A stretch of 64,000 bases of DNA, taken from positions 32,001-96,000 of IMG/VR virus record IMGVR_UViG_3300020416_000001, one strand, 5' to 3'. Source of the DNA: a virus. Below the pieces are notes generated by a model. It saw nothing but the letters and a program-made list of their open reading frames with translations, had not been told where the DNA came from and did no database searches. Shown in pieces: positions 8,208 through 22,300 of this stretch. The position numbers and the translations under genes are program-made. How positions within the stretch are numbered: position 1 is the stretch's first letter; the number at the start of each line of letters is the position of its first letter.

Positions 8208-10292
8208 ATGGCAGCAATTCCCTCAAATCTAACATCATTAGATTTTTCCGAAATAAGAGAATCTATTAGATCATATCTGCGAACCAGAGACGAGTTTACG
8301 GATTATGACTTCGATGGTTCCGCTGCGTCCTATCTTTTGGATGTATTATCATATAACACGTACTATGCTGCGTTCAACGCTAATATGGCGATGAATGAAG
8401 CGTTCTTGGAGTCTGCAACTGTTAGAGACAACGTTGTAAAGATTGCCAAGCAACTTAATTACACTCCTAGATCTATCAAAGCGTCAAAAGCGTGTGTTAG
8501 GTTTAGTGTACAGACAGCACTTCTAGGTGACAACACATCTTACCCAACACAGGTAACTCTTCATAGCGGTGATGTGTTTGTGTCCACAACTAACGGTGAT
8601 GCATATACATTTACTCTACCTAATGACATCAGAGCAACTGTAAACCAATCTGACGGTGTTGCTACGTTTGATAAGGTTATCATCTATCAGGGTAACACTC
8701 TTGAGTTCCAATATACAGTCGATGACGTCAATAAGAGAGAATATCTAGTTCCTGCAGAGAATGTTGACACAGAACTCCTCAGCGTGTCAATTTCTCCCAA
8801 TGCACAGTCAACAGAAATCGATACTTACAATCTAGTACAGAATATTGTAGATGTAGACGGAACTACTCGTGGTTACTTCTTAGAAGAGACTGATGATCTA
8901 CGTTACAACGTCATTTTCGGTGATGGCGTCATTTGTCGTAGATTGATCTCTGGTGAGGTCATCCGTTTGAAGTATGTTCGCACTGACGGTCCAGAAGCGA
9001 ACGGATGTAAGCGTTTTAACTTCATTGGTAGAGTTCAAGACAGCGAAGGTCGTTTTATCAACAACGCAAGCATCTCTCTAGTGACCATAGACGGGTCACA
9101 GGATGGTGAAGCGTTAGAAACTACCTTGAGCATCAAATATAACGCTCCTAGGGCGTTTAACAGTCAGAACAGAGCGGTTACTGAGTCAGATTACGAATAC
9201 ATCACTAAAAAGGTGTATCCTCAGGCAAGATCTGTAACTGCTTATGGTGGAGAGCGTCTTAATCCTCCTGTTTACGGAAAAGTGTATGTTGCAATCCGTA
9301 CGAAGTCTGGTGCAACGTTGAATACCACAACTAAGAAGCGTATCAAGAATAATTTGCAGAAATATGCGATTGCTGCTATTGAACCAGTAATTATCGATCC
9401 TATTTCACTCTATATCAGACCTAAGACTTGGGCGTTCTTTGATGGTACTAAAACTGCGTTGTCTAACAACGAAGTTGCAACAACTATCCTTGGATCTATC
9501 GATCAGTATAACCAACAAGGTTCTGCTGCAAGATTCAATGGACGTATTGACATCTCTGCATATCAGAGAATGATTGATGATGCTGATCCTGCGATTAGCG
9601 GTAACATCACTCATATGACACTCGGTATGAATGTGGAAGGATTTGAATTTGGTCAAACCTTCTCACAATGTGTTGACTTTGAGAATGAGATTGAGAATCC
9701 TAATGACCTGTCTGGTGGTGCTAAGAATGACACTGGATCTGGTGGCACAGGAACTTGTTTACCTAAGTTCTCAAGTGTGAAATCGGGAACATTCTATGCA
9801 ACTGGATATTCTGAGAATTTACTTGCTATCCAAGGCACAGAATCTAACTCAATTTCTGCTACATCATTCATTGATGGAGATACATCAGCACTCCTACCTG
9901 TAAACATCCGTGATGATGGTTATGGGAACTTGATTATGGTTACCAAGCAAGATGAGAAGGAAGTTGTACTCAAATCCTCAGTGGGGACTGTGGATTACAA
10001 GAGTGGACTTGTTTGTGTCGGTCCTATCGATGTAGATTCTACACCTGATGGAACAAACCGTATCCCTGTAACGGTGATTCCTAAATCACCAAATATCAAC
10101 GTAGGTTCTGGCGTTGACCCAACAATCTTTAACCCGATTGTAACAACCGTTGACTACACTATTGACGGCAGCAATATTGGTGCATTTGATCCATTTGACT
10201 TTACTGCAATCAACTTTGACGGAACTCCACTAAATATCATTGACTATCCAACAACAGTATTCGAACTTCCTGAGTTCAACTCCTGTTTCTAA
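8208..10292 (+). CDS. gp6: baseplate wedge subunit gp6
   Basis: LDFSEIRESIRSYL, FTDYDFDGS, NEAFLESATVRDNVV, QNRAVTESDY, PPVYGKVY signatures. Confidence 0.95.
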   Translation: MAAIPSNLTSLDFSEIRESIRSYLRTRDEFTDYDFDGSAASYLLDVLSYNTYYAAFNANMAMNEAFLESATVRDNVVKIAKQLNYTPRSIKASKACVRFSVQTALLGDNTSYPTQVTLHSGDVFVSTTNGDAYTFTLPNDIRATVNQSDGVATFDKVIIYQGNTLEFQYTVDDVNKREYLVPAENVDTELLSVSISPNAQSTEIDTYNLVQNIVDVDGTTRGYFLEETDDLRYNVIFGDGVICRRLISGEVIRLKYVRTDGPEANGCKRFNFIGRVQDSEGRFINNASISLVTIDGSQDGEALETTLSIKYNAPRAFNSQNRAVTESDYEYITKKVYPQARSVTAYGGERLNPPVYGKVYVAIRTKSGATLNTTTKKRIKNNLQKYAIAAIEPVIIDPISLYIRPKTWAFFDGTKTALSNNEVATTILGSIDQYNQQGSAARFNGRIDISAYQRMIDDADPAISGNITHMTLGMNVEGFEFGQTFSQCVDFENEIENPNDLSGGAKNDTGSGGTGTCLPKFSSVKSGTFYATGYSENLLAIQGTESNSISATSFIDGDTSALLPVNIRDDGYGNLIMVTKQDEKEVVLKSSVGTVDYKSGLVCVGPIDVDSTPDGTNRIPVTVIPKSPNINVGSGVDPTIFNPIVTTVDYTIDGSNIGAFDPFDFTAINFDGTPLNIIDYPTTVFELPEFNSCF

Positions 10293-10310
10293 GACCGCCG
10301 TAGTTAAAAA

Positions 10311-13300
10311 ATGGTTGCACATAACACAGCAATTCAGGTCTCCCAGAGACTGAACAGTCAGATTCCTGCGTTTATCAAGGAAGATCACGACCAGTTCGTC
10401 AACTTGCTGACAGAGTATTACAAGTCACAAGAGAAATCGGGTCGCCCATACGATGTTCTAAACAGCATCTTATCGTATATCGACATCGGATCAGGTGAAT
10501 TTGATCCTAATTTCTTGTCATCAGAGTCTGCTGTGTTGGAGGCGGTCAATCCTACACAGAATAAGATCGTTGCTGAGAATGTAAACTACTTCTTAGAGAA
10601 GGATGGTACGCTAAAGATTGATGATGAAGTTTTATATTATGAGTCTGTAACACATTCCCCTGACATCGTTTTCACTCCTGGGGTCAACAAACAAGAATTT
10701 GACAGAAAGATACAAGAATTCGAACCAATCAATAATCAGTTTGATAGTTCAAAGACAGAATTTAACTTAAGATTACTCGGTAGACCAGTTACACCTCAGT
10801 CTTCCAATCATCTTTTGGTGATTGTAAATGGCGATTTTATGTTCCCTGACAGGGATTACTTTGTTGAGGGTGACAGGATACGCTTTGTAAACCCTCCTGC
10901 AGCGACTACAGGGGCGTTGACAGGTGCTATCAATACCATTCGTTACCTTATCGGTTACACAAGCGTTCCAGTGCGTTCTCTGGACACCATCACAGTTGAT
11001 GCTGATGCAAAAGAATTTCATCTAAAATTAAATACTCAACCATACACTCCTCTTTCAACAGTTTCTTCAATCGTTGTTGTTAACAGAGTTGAGAAAAGAC
11101 CGTTCGAAGACTTCACAGTTTTTAACGATAAACTCATATTCAAGCAGGATGTATCACAAAATGCTACAATCGACGTAAGATCTGTCGAACTGATCGCTCC
11201 TGAATTTGGTTCAGGTGCTGCAGCAGTCTCCCAAATCGAAGGTGGATCTGTTAGTGACATCCTTGTAAAGAATGGTGGTCAAGGTTATAGAGTAAGTTTT
11301 GCTCCTAGAATCACTATTCAGTCAAATAAAGGTCCTGGTGAGGGTGCAACTGCGGAAGCACTCGTAAATGGCATCAAGAATACTCAACTCTTGTTCCCAG
11401 GTCAAGGATATTCATCTAACAATCCTCCTATCGTAGTTGTGGATGATCCTGCTGATTCAGAAGGCAGTAGAGCACAAATTACAGCAATCGTATCTGATGA
11501 AATCGAAGGAGTCTCGGAACTGCGTGTTACATCGTCTGGATCTGGATATGACCGCATTCCTTCAATTAAGTTTGTTAATCCTGGTGGTGCTACTATCACC
11601 GATCCTGTCGTCGAAGGAGGATCAATCAAAACAGGATCAATCTCAGTCATAGACAGGGGTTCAGGGTATTCATCTCCACCTTTGGTGTATATGGATCCTC
11701 CTACTGGAGATAATGCTATCAATGCTACTGCTATTGCAGTTCTTGATGATGACGGTAGGGTTGAACGTATTGACATCATTTCTAACGGTCAAGGATATGA
11801 AGGTGCTATCAGGGCAAGAATTGTTGACCCTGTTGGTGCACAGATCCTTGATGTGTCTTGTACTGGTGGTAGAGTTACTAATATTGAACTACTGACTGGT
11901 GGTAAGGGATACACAGATGCACCTTCTGTGTATATCGTTGATAATAGAAAGGACACTAATGGTCAACCTATTGGTGGTGAGGGTGCAACAGCAGTTGCTA
12001 CCATCTTCAACGGTGAGATCACTGACATCAATATCACTAGTTTCGGTAACGGATACTCTGATACTGAACCTCCTAAGGTCTTTATCGCTGCTCCTCCTGT
12101 ACCTGAGGCGTCTTGTGACGTTGGTTTTGGAGAGATTACTGGTTTCACTATCCACAGTGACGGATCAGGATACGAACCTTCAGCATTTACTGGAGTAAAG
12201 CGCGGAGTTTCTGGTGTTACATCATTTGACCAGAAAGGTCATCAAATTTACAGCAAAGAATCCAGTCTGGTACAGAGTTCTCACGCTAAGGGAGCAGTTA
12301 TTCATAATCTGGATAATCTTTTTGCTAAAGAATTATACAGAAGATTTGTAAATCAATATCTTCCTAATGCGGAAATTGACTACACAAAAGTCAACGCTCC
12401 GCAGATTATCAAGACTATTTCGGATTTCTACGCATCTAAAGGTACGAAGATCTCTACACAGTACCTCTTTAAGATACTTTACTCCGAAAATGTCGATGTT
12501 TCTTATCCTAAGGATGAGGTTATCAAACCATCTGCTGCAACTTGGAACGTAGATACGGTTCTAAGAGCAGAACTTTTAGAAGGATCTCCTGAGAATCTAC
12601 TCGACTCACAGTTGATTCAGTACATTGACGACGTTGATGTTAACGTTAGAGGTGCATCTGCACTGGTTGAGAACGTTATTGCGATCAATACTGGTGTTGG
12701 TACGGTGTATGAACTTGCAATTTCTGAAGAAACACTGCAGGGTGCATTTACAATTCCATATAAGACCACACTGGTTGAGGAACTTTCTACTACAGAGTCT
12801 ATTATTACAGTTGACTCTACGATTGGTTGGCCAGAGAGAAATGGTACAATCCGCATCAATGACGATGAAGTTGTACAGTACAAAGAGAAAACACTGAACC
12901 AGTTCATCGAATGTACTCGTTCTAAGAACGGTGTAGTCGAAGATTGGGACGCAGGTACTATTGTTCACTCTGACATCTTCGTTTATGTCAACCGTGGCAC
13001 TGATACTGAGTGTAAGTTGCGTGTTCTTGGTATTGCTGATGCAGAATCTACAGTTCTATCTGATAACGGTTCATATTACCTCCCTGGAGATAAACTAAAC
13101 GTTGCATCACTTGGTTCTACAACTAACGACAAGAGAATCACCTCTTGGTTGTACAACGTTAAGAAACTAATCAATATTACTCAGATCATCCCTGGTGGTC
13201 TCAATAATCAGACTGCAACTGTTACCTGCTCTAATAATCACGGTCTGTTGGTTGGTGACACTGTTACCATCTACGGTGCGAACCCAACTGTGTTCAACGG

Positions 13301-16300
13301 AACCTTCTTGGTCACATCCCGTATCAATAACACACAGTTTGAATATAACATTCCTGCACCTGCTCCAAACGAACCACAGGGTAACATTCTTCTTTCTGTT
13401 GACCTGAACAAAGGTAAGTCTCCTGAAGAAGGTATCAGCGTTGCTATCAGAGACTTTACTACTAACGTACAGAATACATTCTTCAATGATGATTATGCAT
13501 ATGTTGCATCTTCAGGTATTCCTAACTATGAAGTTGGTCCTTTCCTAGGATCTGCGCTTCTCCCTGGAAACCAACGTAAGTTGATCCGTATTCCTAGAAC
13601 TATCAATACGATCTCTAAGCGTACAGACACAACATTCGGTCCTATTGGTTCTTGGGTCAATGGTGTATCAACTTGGTCTTACAAGTCACAGAACAAGATT
13701 AAGTTTGGTGGAGTGACTGGAATCAGTATTGATGACCCAGGTAAAGGATATGACGCAGCAAACCCTCCTGTCATTGAGATCAATGGTGGCGGTGGTACTG
13801 GTGCTAAAGCAAGTGTTGTTGTTAATGGTGCTCTAAGTGAAATCCAAGTTTCTTCTGGCGGTACTGGTTATACTAGTTCTCCTCTTGTTTCCATTGTGGG
13901 TGGTGGCGGATTTGGTGCAACTGCTACTGCTGTTATTACTAACGGCGTAGTTTCCAAGATTCTCGTCGAAACCCCAGGTCAGGGTTACACTTCACAACCT
14001 GACGTTTCTATATCTGGTGGAGGTGGTACTGGTTGTGCTGCTACTGCACAGGTACGTGGTCCAATTCAGTCTGTAACTGTAGATTCTGCAGGAGCAGCAT
14101 ATACGGCATCTCCTGAGATCAAACTAAACTCTGGTGAGGGTGCTGTTGCACAACCTATCATCATTAACGGTAGAATCGTTTCTATCGCTATCATTGCAGC
14201 AGGAAGAGGATATACAACCGCTCCTGAGATTGTTATCAACGGAGATGGTTACGGTGCTATTGCAAGAGCAACTATCGGTAATGTTGGTGAGGATAGAGGT
14301 AAGGTTATCGGTGTTACTGTTGTAAACAGAGGTATCGGTTACACTACTGGTAATACAACTATCCGCTTGGAAGCGGTTGGTGAATTGGCAGAGTTCACTG
14401 CAAGTGTATTTGAGTGGACTAGAAACCTTCAAGATGAACTAGGACAGAACTTTGATACAGCACGTGGTTACGTGTTTGCAGGTTATAACACTCAGTATGG
14501 TGGTGAGTACGCACACCTTTCTGATCCTAAGCAATTAAGATACGTTCTTGGTGATAACGTATTCAAGAATCAGGCAACTCAACAGTTACAGGAACTTACA
14601 ACTGGATACCAACACTCACCTATTTTGGGTTGGGCGTTTGATGGTAACCCCATCTACGGACCTTATGGTTACATTGATGCTACTAACCAATCATCTGGTG
14701 TCAGAAGGATTCGTTCATCTTACAGAATCAAACCCGCACTTATCTTCGACGCTGCAACTAACCCAGAACCAGTTAGAGCAGATGGTCCTCTTCTTACTGA
14801 TTACATTGCGGGATCATTCATTGATGACTTCGAATATGTCTTCCAAGAGGGTGATCTAGACCAATATAATGGTCGTTTCTGTAAGACTCCTGACTTCCCT
14901 GAAGGTGTTTACGCATATTTCGTATCAATCGACGCATCTGATGCAGGTAATCCTGTATTCCCTTACATTTGTGGTCCTCAACTGTACTCTTCACCTGATG
15001 AGTGGAACTTCTCTCAGAGTGCTGTACAGACAAATATCCCATCTAACGTGGTTAGATTCCGTGATCCTTATGAGGATGTGGATATTGATATTGATCGTAC
15101 ACCTAACCAAGCAACTGACACTCTTGTTACTGAACTTGGTGAGGATCTTATCTTTGAAATCGAAGATACTAACAGAGACGGTCTTATTAATAACCTAGAA
15201 GATACCACACCTATTCAGATCACTGAAGAACCCGTACTACAATTATTTGATTACTACCCTAAAGTTTCTACAAGATCTGTTGTTGACATTGATATTGAGA
15301 CTACGACTAAATTCGAAGACGCTAAAGTTGACGGATTCGTGGTTGAGAACCCAGGTATATCCTATAAGGTTAATGATAAACTGTTCTTTGATAATGAAGG
15401 AACTGATGGTTTTGGTGCATCTGCAAAAGTTGAGGCAGTTAAGGGTCTAGACATTGCAGGTTACTCTTCTTATATGACTGGTGATCAACCAGTTGGTAAG
15501 ATTACCACTGCAACTGAGCACGAACTCCGTGTAAATGATCAGATTATTGTTACCAGTACACCTATTCTTGATGACACTAACAAGACTTTCAAGGTAAAAG
15601 TCATATCTGGTGTTGAAAGAGTTACTGTTGATCAGTCTGGTTTAGGATACTCTGAGGATATTCCTCCTACTTACGAGGTTATCACTAACAGTGGACAAGA
15701 TTTTAACATCGACATCGTTAGAGATGAAGGTGGTAGAGTAGAGAACGTTAATATTATCAACTCTGGTTCAGGATACGACGAAAACAATCCTCCTCAGATT
15801 CGTGTTTCTCATCCTCAGAGATTCAAGAAAGCAACTTACTTCTTATCATTCTTGAAAGAAGCAGGTTCTACTCTTACTATTAATGACATTAAAGTTGCTG
15901 ATGATCGTACCTTCTATGTTTGTGGTAAGACTGAGATTGCAGATGGTGATGTAGCAGGTATTCTTGCTAAGTTCAATAGTGATGGTAGATTGCTTTGGCA
16001 GCGTACACTTATTCCTACTGTTCCTCAGACTGCTGATAAGTCACTTCAGTGGAAATCACTTCATATTGAGAACAGTAATCCTCATAACATCTACGTTATC
16101 GGTGAGACAGTTCCTAATGTAGGTAATCTTACTCACAACCCAGATATTGTTGTTGCTAAGTATCAGTCAGGATTTAATAACGCTAACAACCCTGATGGTA
16201 TCATTCAGTGGCAGCGTGATATTGCAGGCATCTCTGGTTCTACTAGAAGAGACTATGCTTCTAGCATTAGACTTGACCAAGATGGTCGTGTAATGATTGC

Positions 16301-19300
16301 AGGTTATACAGACTCTAACGCAACTGCTCCTGACGATATGTGGGTTGCGTTGATGGATATTGACGGATCTATTATGGAGAAGCGTAAGATCGCTTCTGCT
16401 GCTGCTAGTGAGCATCTACATCAAGTCGAATGGAGAACTGACGATACATTCCTCTTCACTGGTATCTCTGACCCTGCAGGTGCTGCTAACATCATTCTTG
16501 GTGAAACATACTATGATACTGCAACTATCGAGGTTGTATGGTCTAAACAAATTGAATCTGCTGCTTATCAGTTTGCTGATCCTACATTTACTATTGATGA
16601 ATACGGTTCAGTTTATGTAACTGCAACTGCCATTGACACAAACGGTAAGAATTACGGTGTTCTTTATTGTAAGTTTGATAATCAGGACTATACAGCAGTA
16701 TCTGTGTCTAAGATGTACGTTCCTACAGGAAATTACACATCTTGTAAGAATGCAGGTGTTGCTTTTGATGTATTTGGTAATATTGACGTCAGTGCACTTG
16801 TTGAGAGAGATTTCAACGATGTTCAATCAGTTACTGCAAAAATTTCTTGGAACAGTGGCAACATTCTTTCTGCTGCTGAAGCAAAAGAAGATTCTGGTAT
16901 TGGTTATCATCCAACTTGTGTTGCAAATGACAACTCTGGTGATACTTTGGTTGCAGGTAATAAGGTTGAGGCACAGCAACTTGCAATCTTCAACTGGAAC
17001 ACTGCAGACAACCTCTTTGATGAAACATACAATGACACTCTAAAAACTGGTACTAACAAGCAGTGGTATGCAACTGGTAACGCTGTTATTGATAACACCA
17101 AGTTTTATAACGGTGCTTCTTCAGTAAAACTTGATGCACCTAACTCATTGCTCCTCCAATACAGCACAACTGCTGATGTTAGTGTTGAGTGGACAATGGA
17201 AGGTTGGTTTGCTCTTGGTGCTACTCAATATGCTGCACAAGCATCTAAACCTGAATTCTTCGGTATTTACTCTCAGTTAGCACAAGAAGTCAAGGTTGGT
17301 GTTGATGGTACTTCAGGTAGTGCTAATTTTGGTAAGATCTTCCTTGATCTAAATGGAACTACATCATATTCAACTGGTACAGCATTCTGGACTGGATTTA
17401 ACTCAGAGGCGTGGGTTCACGTTGCTATTTCTAAGGAACGCCCTGGTGTTGGTTCTTACATCTATCGTATATACGTCAACGGTGTAGAGGCACATTCAGT
17501 AACTAGTGCCAGTGTTGATGTCAATATGATGCAGGTAACTCTTGGTCCTATCTCAACTCCAAGTTCTCAGAACAACTGGATTGGTTGGGTTGACAACTTT
17601 GTGGTTACACCTTCTGCTAAGTACACAGATGCATTCACTGCAGGACTGATAACTGGTACAAACAAAGTTACTGAAGCATTCATCTATAAGATTGACAAGG
17701 ATAAGACAAAACTTGGAACATTTACTCTAAACGATGTAGAGACTGGACATACTCTTACAACTTCCGCCACAAGCAATTATACGTTTAATACCCAACCTGT
17801 ATCTGTTAACCCTTGGTTGATCGGTCCTGCAGGTATTCAGATTCTTGATTACTCTGATGTTGTATCAACTCACGTCCCTGGAGTTTATACCGTAACATCT
17901 ACTGATGAGGCGTGGGCAAGTAGAACTGCTACTATTCCTACACAAGGTGGTAAGAAACTACTCTTAACTACTAAGGTTATTCCTAAGTTCTATATTAGAG
18001 ACGCAAAATACACTAGTATTGACCTTGTTAAGACAATTACATTCAATCAACCTGCAACCTTTACAAAAGGAACTGTTCTTCAGCAGTATTCTACTATTGG
18101 TGGTAACGATGTTGTATCAGCATATGGTACTGTTGTTGAGGTTGGAACTAGTTCTTGTAAGATCGGTAAGATTATTGGTTCGTTTGATACCTCTAAACTT
18201 CTTAAATCTACCGCAGGTGATGTAAACGAGACAGATAAAGAGTTTACAGTTCTAACTACAACTCCTGTCTGGGAACAAAACCAGAACTATGATGTTGGTG
18301 ATATTGTTTATAGTAACGGTAAGATCTATACATCTGGTACTGCTGCAACTGCAGGTCCTATTGCTCCTAATCATACATCTGGTACTGTCTCTGATGGTAA
18401 CATCAACTGGGCATTTACAAGCGTTGCAGGTACCTTCTCAGTAGATTTGGCGAATAGCGTACACGGTTCAGGTACTCTTGCACAGTTTGCATCTTGGAAA
18501 CCTTTCAATGCTTCTGACTATACTATTAGAATCCAACAGATCTATGATGATTCAGACTTCATTAAGGGTGACACCATTGATGCTGATGCTGTTAACTTGA
18601 CATTTGATGTTGATGCAACTGGTAAGATCGCAACATTTGGTGGTCTTGTTGGTGTTAAGCAGTTCAATCTTCAGGCAAAACTCAATAAAGACGTTATTCC
18701 TTCACAGGGACTAACAAATACTGATCTTGTTTACTGCTCTGCTAATACCAGACATAACTTTGCAGCAACTGACATCATCTTTACTGAAGGATTCTCCACT
18801 AATGAATACAACGGTTCATTCTTTGTGGAAGAAGTATTCACTTCTAGAGACTTTACATACAAATTAAGAAGCACTGCTGTTCAGGATCCAACATTCTCAG
18901 GTTCAGGTTCTTCTGTTTCTAACGTTAATATCTTTGCTAAGCATCCTAAGTTCCTATTTGTTAGAGGACATCAGTATATCTTTGACCTTGACGATTCTTC
19001 TAACCTTGGATACTACCTATCATTCTCTAAAGATAACCAGTATAAACTTGAATATCCATTCATTAACATCATTAGAGAGGGTACACCTGGATTTACTGAT
19101 GATGATTCACCAACTCCATTGGTTAAATTCGTCATCAATGATGATGTTACTAACATTTCATACTACTTTGACCCATCTAGAACCACAGCAGACAACTCTC
19201 CTGTTGGTGAAGGGTCATTTATTGACGTTATTGAGTCTCCTTACCAAGGTACATTTACAATTTCGAAGGTTTCTTCCGATGGATTGGAGTTTGACTTCCC

Positions 19301-22300
19301 ACTTCTTGTTGAACCTGAGAAAACTATCGCTCCTGTTGGTAATAATGAGTTTGGAAACCCACGTTCCTTCTACTCTACAACCTCAATCAAGGCGATTGGA
19401 CCTATTGCAAGCATTAAACTGGTAAACCCAGGTGGATTCTATCAGAAATTACCTATTGTTACTGATATTGCATCTAATAGAGAGATTGAAAAGGTCCGTG
19501 TTAACAACGGTGGTACTGAATATGTCAACGGTGTGTACTATAACGTTCCTATTGCAGGAGATGGTGAAGGTGCAACCTGTAATATCACTGTTCAGGATGA
19601 CGGAGACTTCACTGGTGTCATTACTGATGTTGTTTTAACCTCTGCAGGTAAGGGTTACACCTTTGCATCGATTGATGTAGACGCTATCCCTGGAATTCTT
19701 GGTCCTCTTCTTGCAGGTTCAGGTGCACAACTAGAAGTTGTGATTCCTTCTGAGGGATCTGGTGCATCTGTATTCTTACAAGGTAAGTCAATCGGACGTA
19801 TCAAGAAACTTAAGAACAACGAATTTGGTTTCGGTTATTCTCACGACTATACTTTGAGACCTGAAATCACTTTCCCCGTGAACCTTCAGTTGTTTAATAC
19901 CGCTATTCTTGCAGAAATCAAGATTACAGACCCTGGTTCTGGTTATACATCAACACCTGCTGTTGTTATCGAAGGTGGTGGCGGTACAGGTGCTCAGGCA
20001 GAAGCAGTTATTAAGAACAATAGACTTTCTGAAGTTATTATTAAGGATCCTGGTGCAGGATACAGTTCTGAACCTACAGTTACACTTAAGTCTGAGTTCA
20101 ACTACGTTGTTAACATTGACTTAGGTTATCTACAGTTTAACTTCCCACACGGTATTACAACTGGTGCTGAGATCCAGTTGAGAGCAGAAGATCTTGGATC
20201 TACAGTTGGTATCCTTCCAAAACCAAGTTCTGCAGGTTTGGTTAGTTTGTCATCATCTCAGACTTACTATGCTATCGCAGGTGAGGCAAATGGTCTTGAA
20301 TCTGACCAACTTCGTATCTCACTGACTAAACTTGACGCTGAATCTGGTTCTTACATTACATTCTTGACACAGGGTGAAGGTAGACAGATTCTCTTGACCG
20401 AAGTATTTGGTGGTCAAGCAACTGCAATCGTTGAGACTTCAAGATTCCTTGAGGGTGAACTTGTTTATCAGGGTTCATCACTTGAACTTGCATCTGCTAC
20501 TGGTTATGTTTCTACTAACGAAGGTTGGCAGATCGGACCTAGAATCCTTAAACTTGAGAACTATGACGGTGTTTGGACTGCAGGTGAGCGTGTAACTGGT
20601 GAAGTTTCCCGTGCATCTGGTTTGATTGATAACCTTTCAATCGCTCGTGGTACTCTTAATATTGACTCTCTTACCAATACCCCTGGTCAGTTCATTGATG
20701 ACGTTGGTAAACCATCTGAAATTGTTCAGAAAATACAAGACTCTTACTTCTATCAGAACTTCTCTTACGTTATTAAGTCTGAAACACCTATTAACACTTG
20801 GAGAAAACCTGTTCTAGAAACAAACCACCCTGTTGGTTTCAACCTCTTCGGTGAACTAGCAATTACTGGTGGTAAGGATATTTCTGGAAGAAAGGTTGTA
20901 TCTGATCTAATCAAAGAGGTTAATATCAATGCGTTCACAAATATTAACCAAATCACATCATTTGCTAACGCACAACCCATTTATACTCAGTTCAACAACA
21001 CTGAGGTGCTCTTCAGACAGAAGAGACTGACTAACTCTGAGGAAATCCTTACTTCTATTGTTAAGAAGATCGATAACATTTCTGATGACTTTGACGGTGT
21101 TAGAACTCAGTTCCCACTGAATGTTGAGGGTAGTTCTATCACTGCAACTGAAGATCAGATGTTTGTGCTACTCAATGGTGTTGCACAGTCACCTGGAACT
21201 TCATTCTCTACATCAGGTCCTTCTATTGTGTTCTCTGAACCACCTAAGGCACCTTCTAGAATTAAGTTTAGAACTGTAACCTTTGCTCAGTTATTAATTA
21301 CTCGTATCACCTTTGATTTGATCGGTGGTATCTTCCCGCTATCTGGTAACAGAGTCAGAGGTCTTGTTTCTGAGGCAACTGCTACTGTAGTCGATTCTGG
21401 TACTGATTATATCGATGTAATTAATATTGAGGGAACTTTCCAAGCAGGAGAGGCAGTTCTTAATAGTGCTACTGGTTTCAACTCAACTATTGCTTCAAAC
21501 GGTGTAAGCGGTCTTTCATCTAAGACAATCTTCGAACAAGGTGAAAGAATTACTAACCTTGATGGTAAGTTTGCAATCATTGAAGAGAACAACCTTGATG
21601 ATGGTAATATCAACAATGAACTGGTTGTTTCTAGAACATCTGGTACTGCTGAGTATGAAACTGGTGAATTTGAGATCAAGTTCAACGATATAATCTATTC
21701 TGCAAGATCTAAGATTGCAGCAACAGTTTCTGCTATCGCTCCTTATCAGGATGCAGTTTCAGAACAGATTATTGACACTGTTGACCTTTCACCTTCATCT
21801 AGTTTCTTTGCTCTTGTATTCCAGAGAGTTCCTTCAATCACATATCCTAACGTTATCCTTGATAACATTGGAGATACAGTTATTAACCCAACTGAACTCT
21901 ATGATATTGAATCACCTAATAACCAAGACTTCCTAGATTTCGAATCTGTTCGTAACCAAGAGATTCGTTATGATGGTTTGACTGGTAATGACTTTGCACC
22001 TGGAACTAACATCAGACTTAAGAAGATCTACTTTGGTAACTCTTCTATTAGAACTGTACACGATACCCGTGCAAATAACGCTGCAGAGGCACTAGTTAAG
22101 AACGACAGATTCATCGCTGAAGAAGCGGTGGGAATGATGTTGAATTTCTACCCCTCCTTTACTGTTCCTACAGGTAAAGTTAATTGTGAGGACGACATCG
22201 TTGATATGCTCAATCTAATTGCTTGGCAACTTGAGCACGATGGTAACTCTGAGGTTTGGGATGCTGCAAACTTCTATGTTCAGAACAATACTGTATATCA

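Noticed and set aside
18940-19190. Fourth copper-binding module in the giant protein
   Set aside because: Fold-like motifs (FVRGHQYIFDLDDSSN...ISYYF) are present but the His/Cys/His/Met ligands are missing; treated as a degenerate copy
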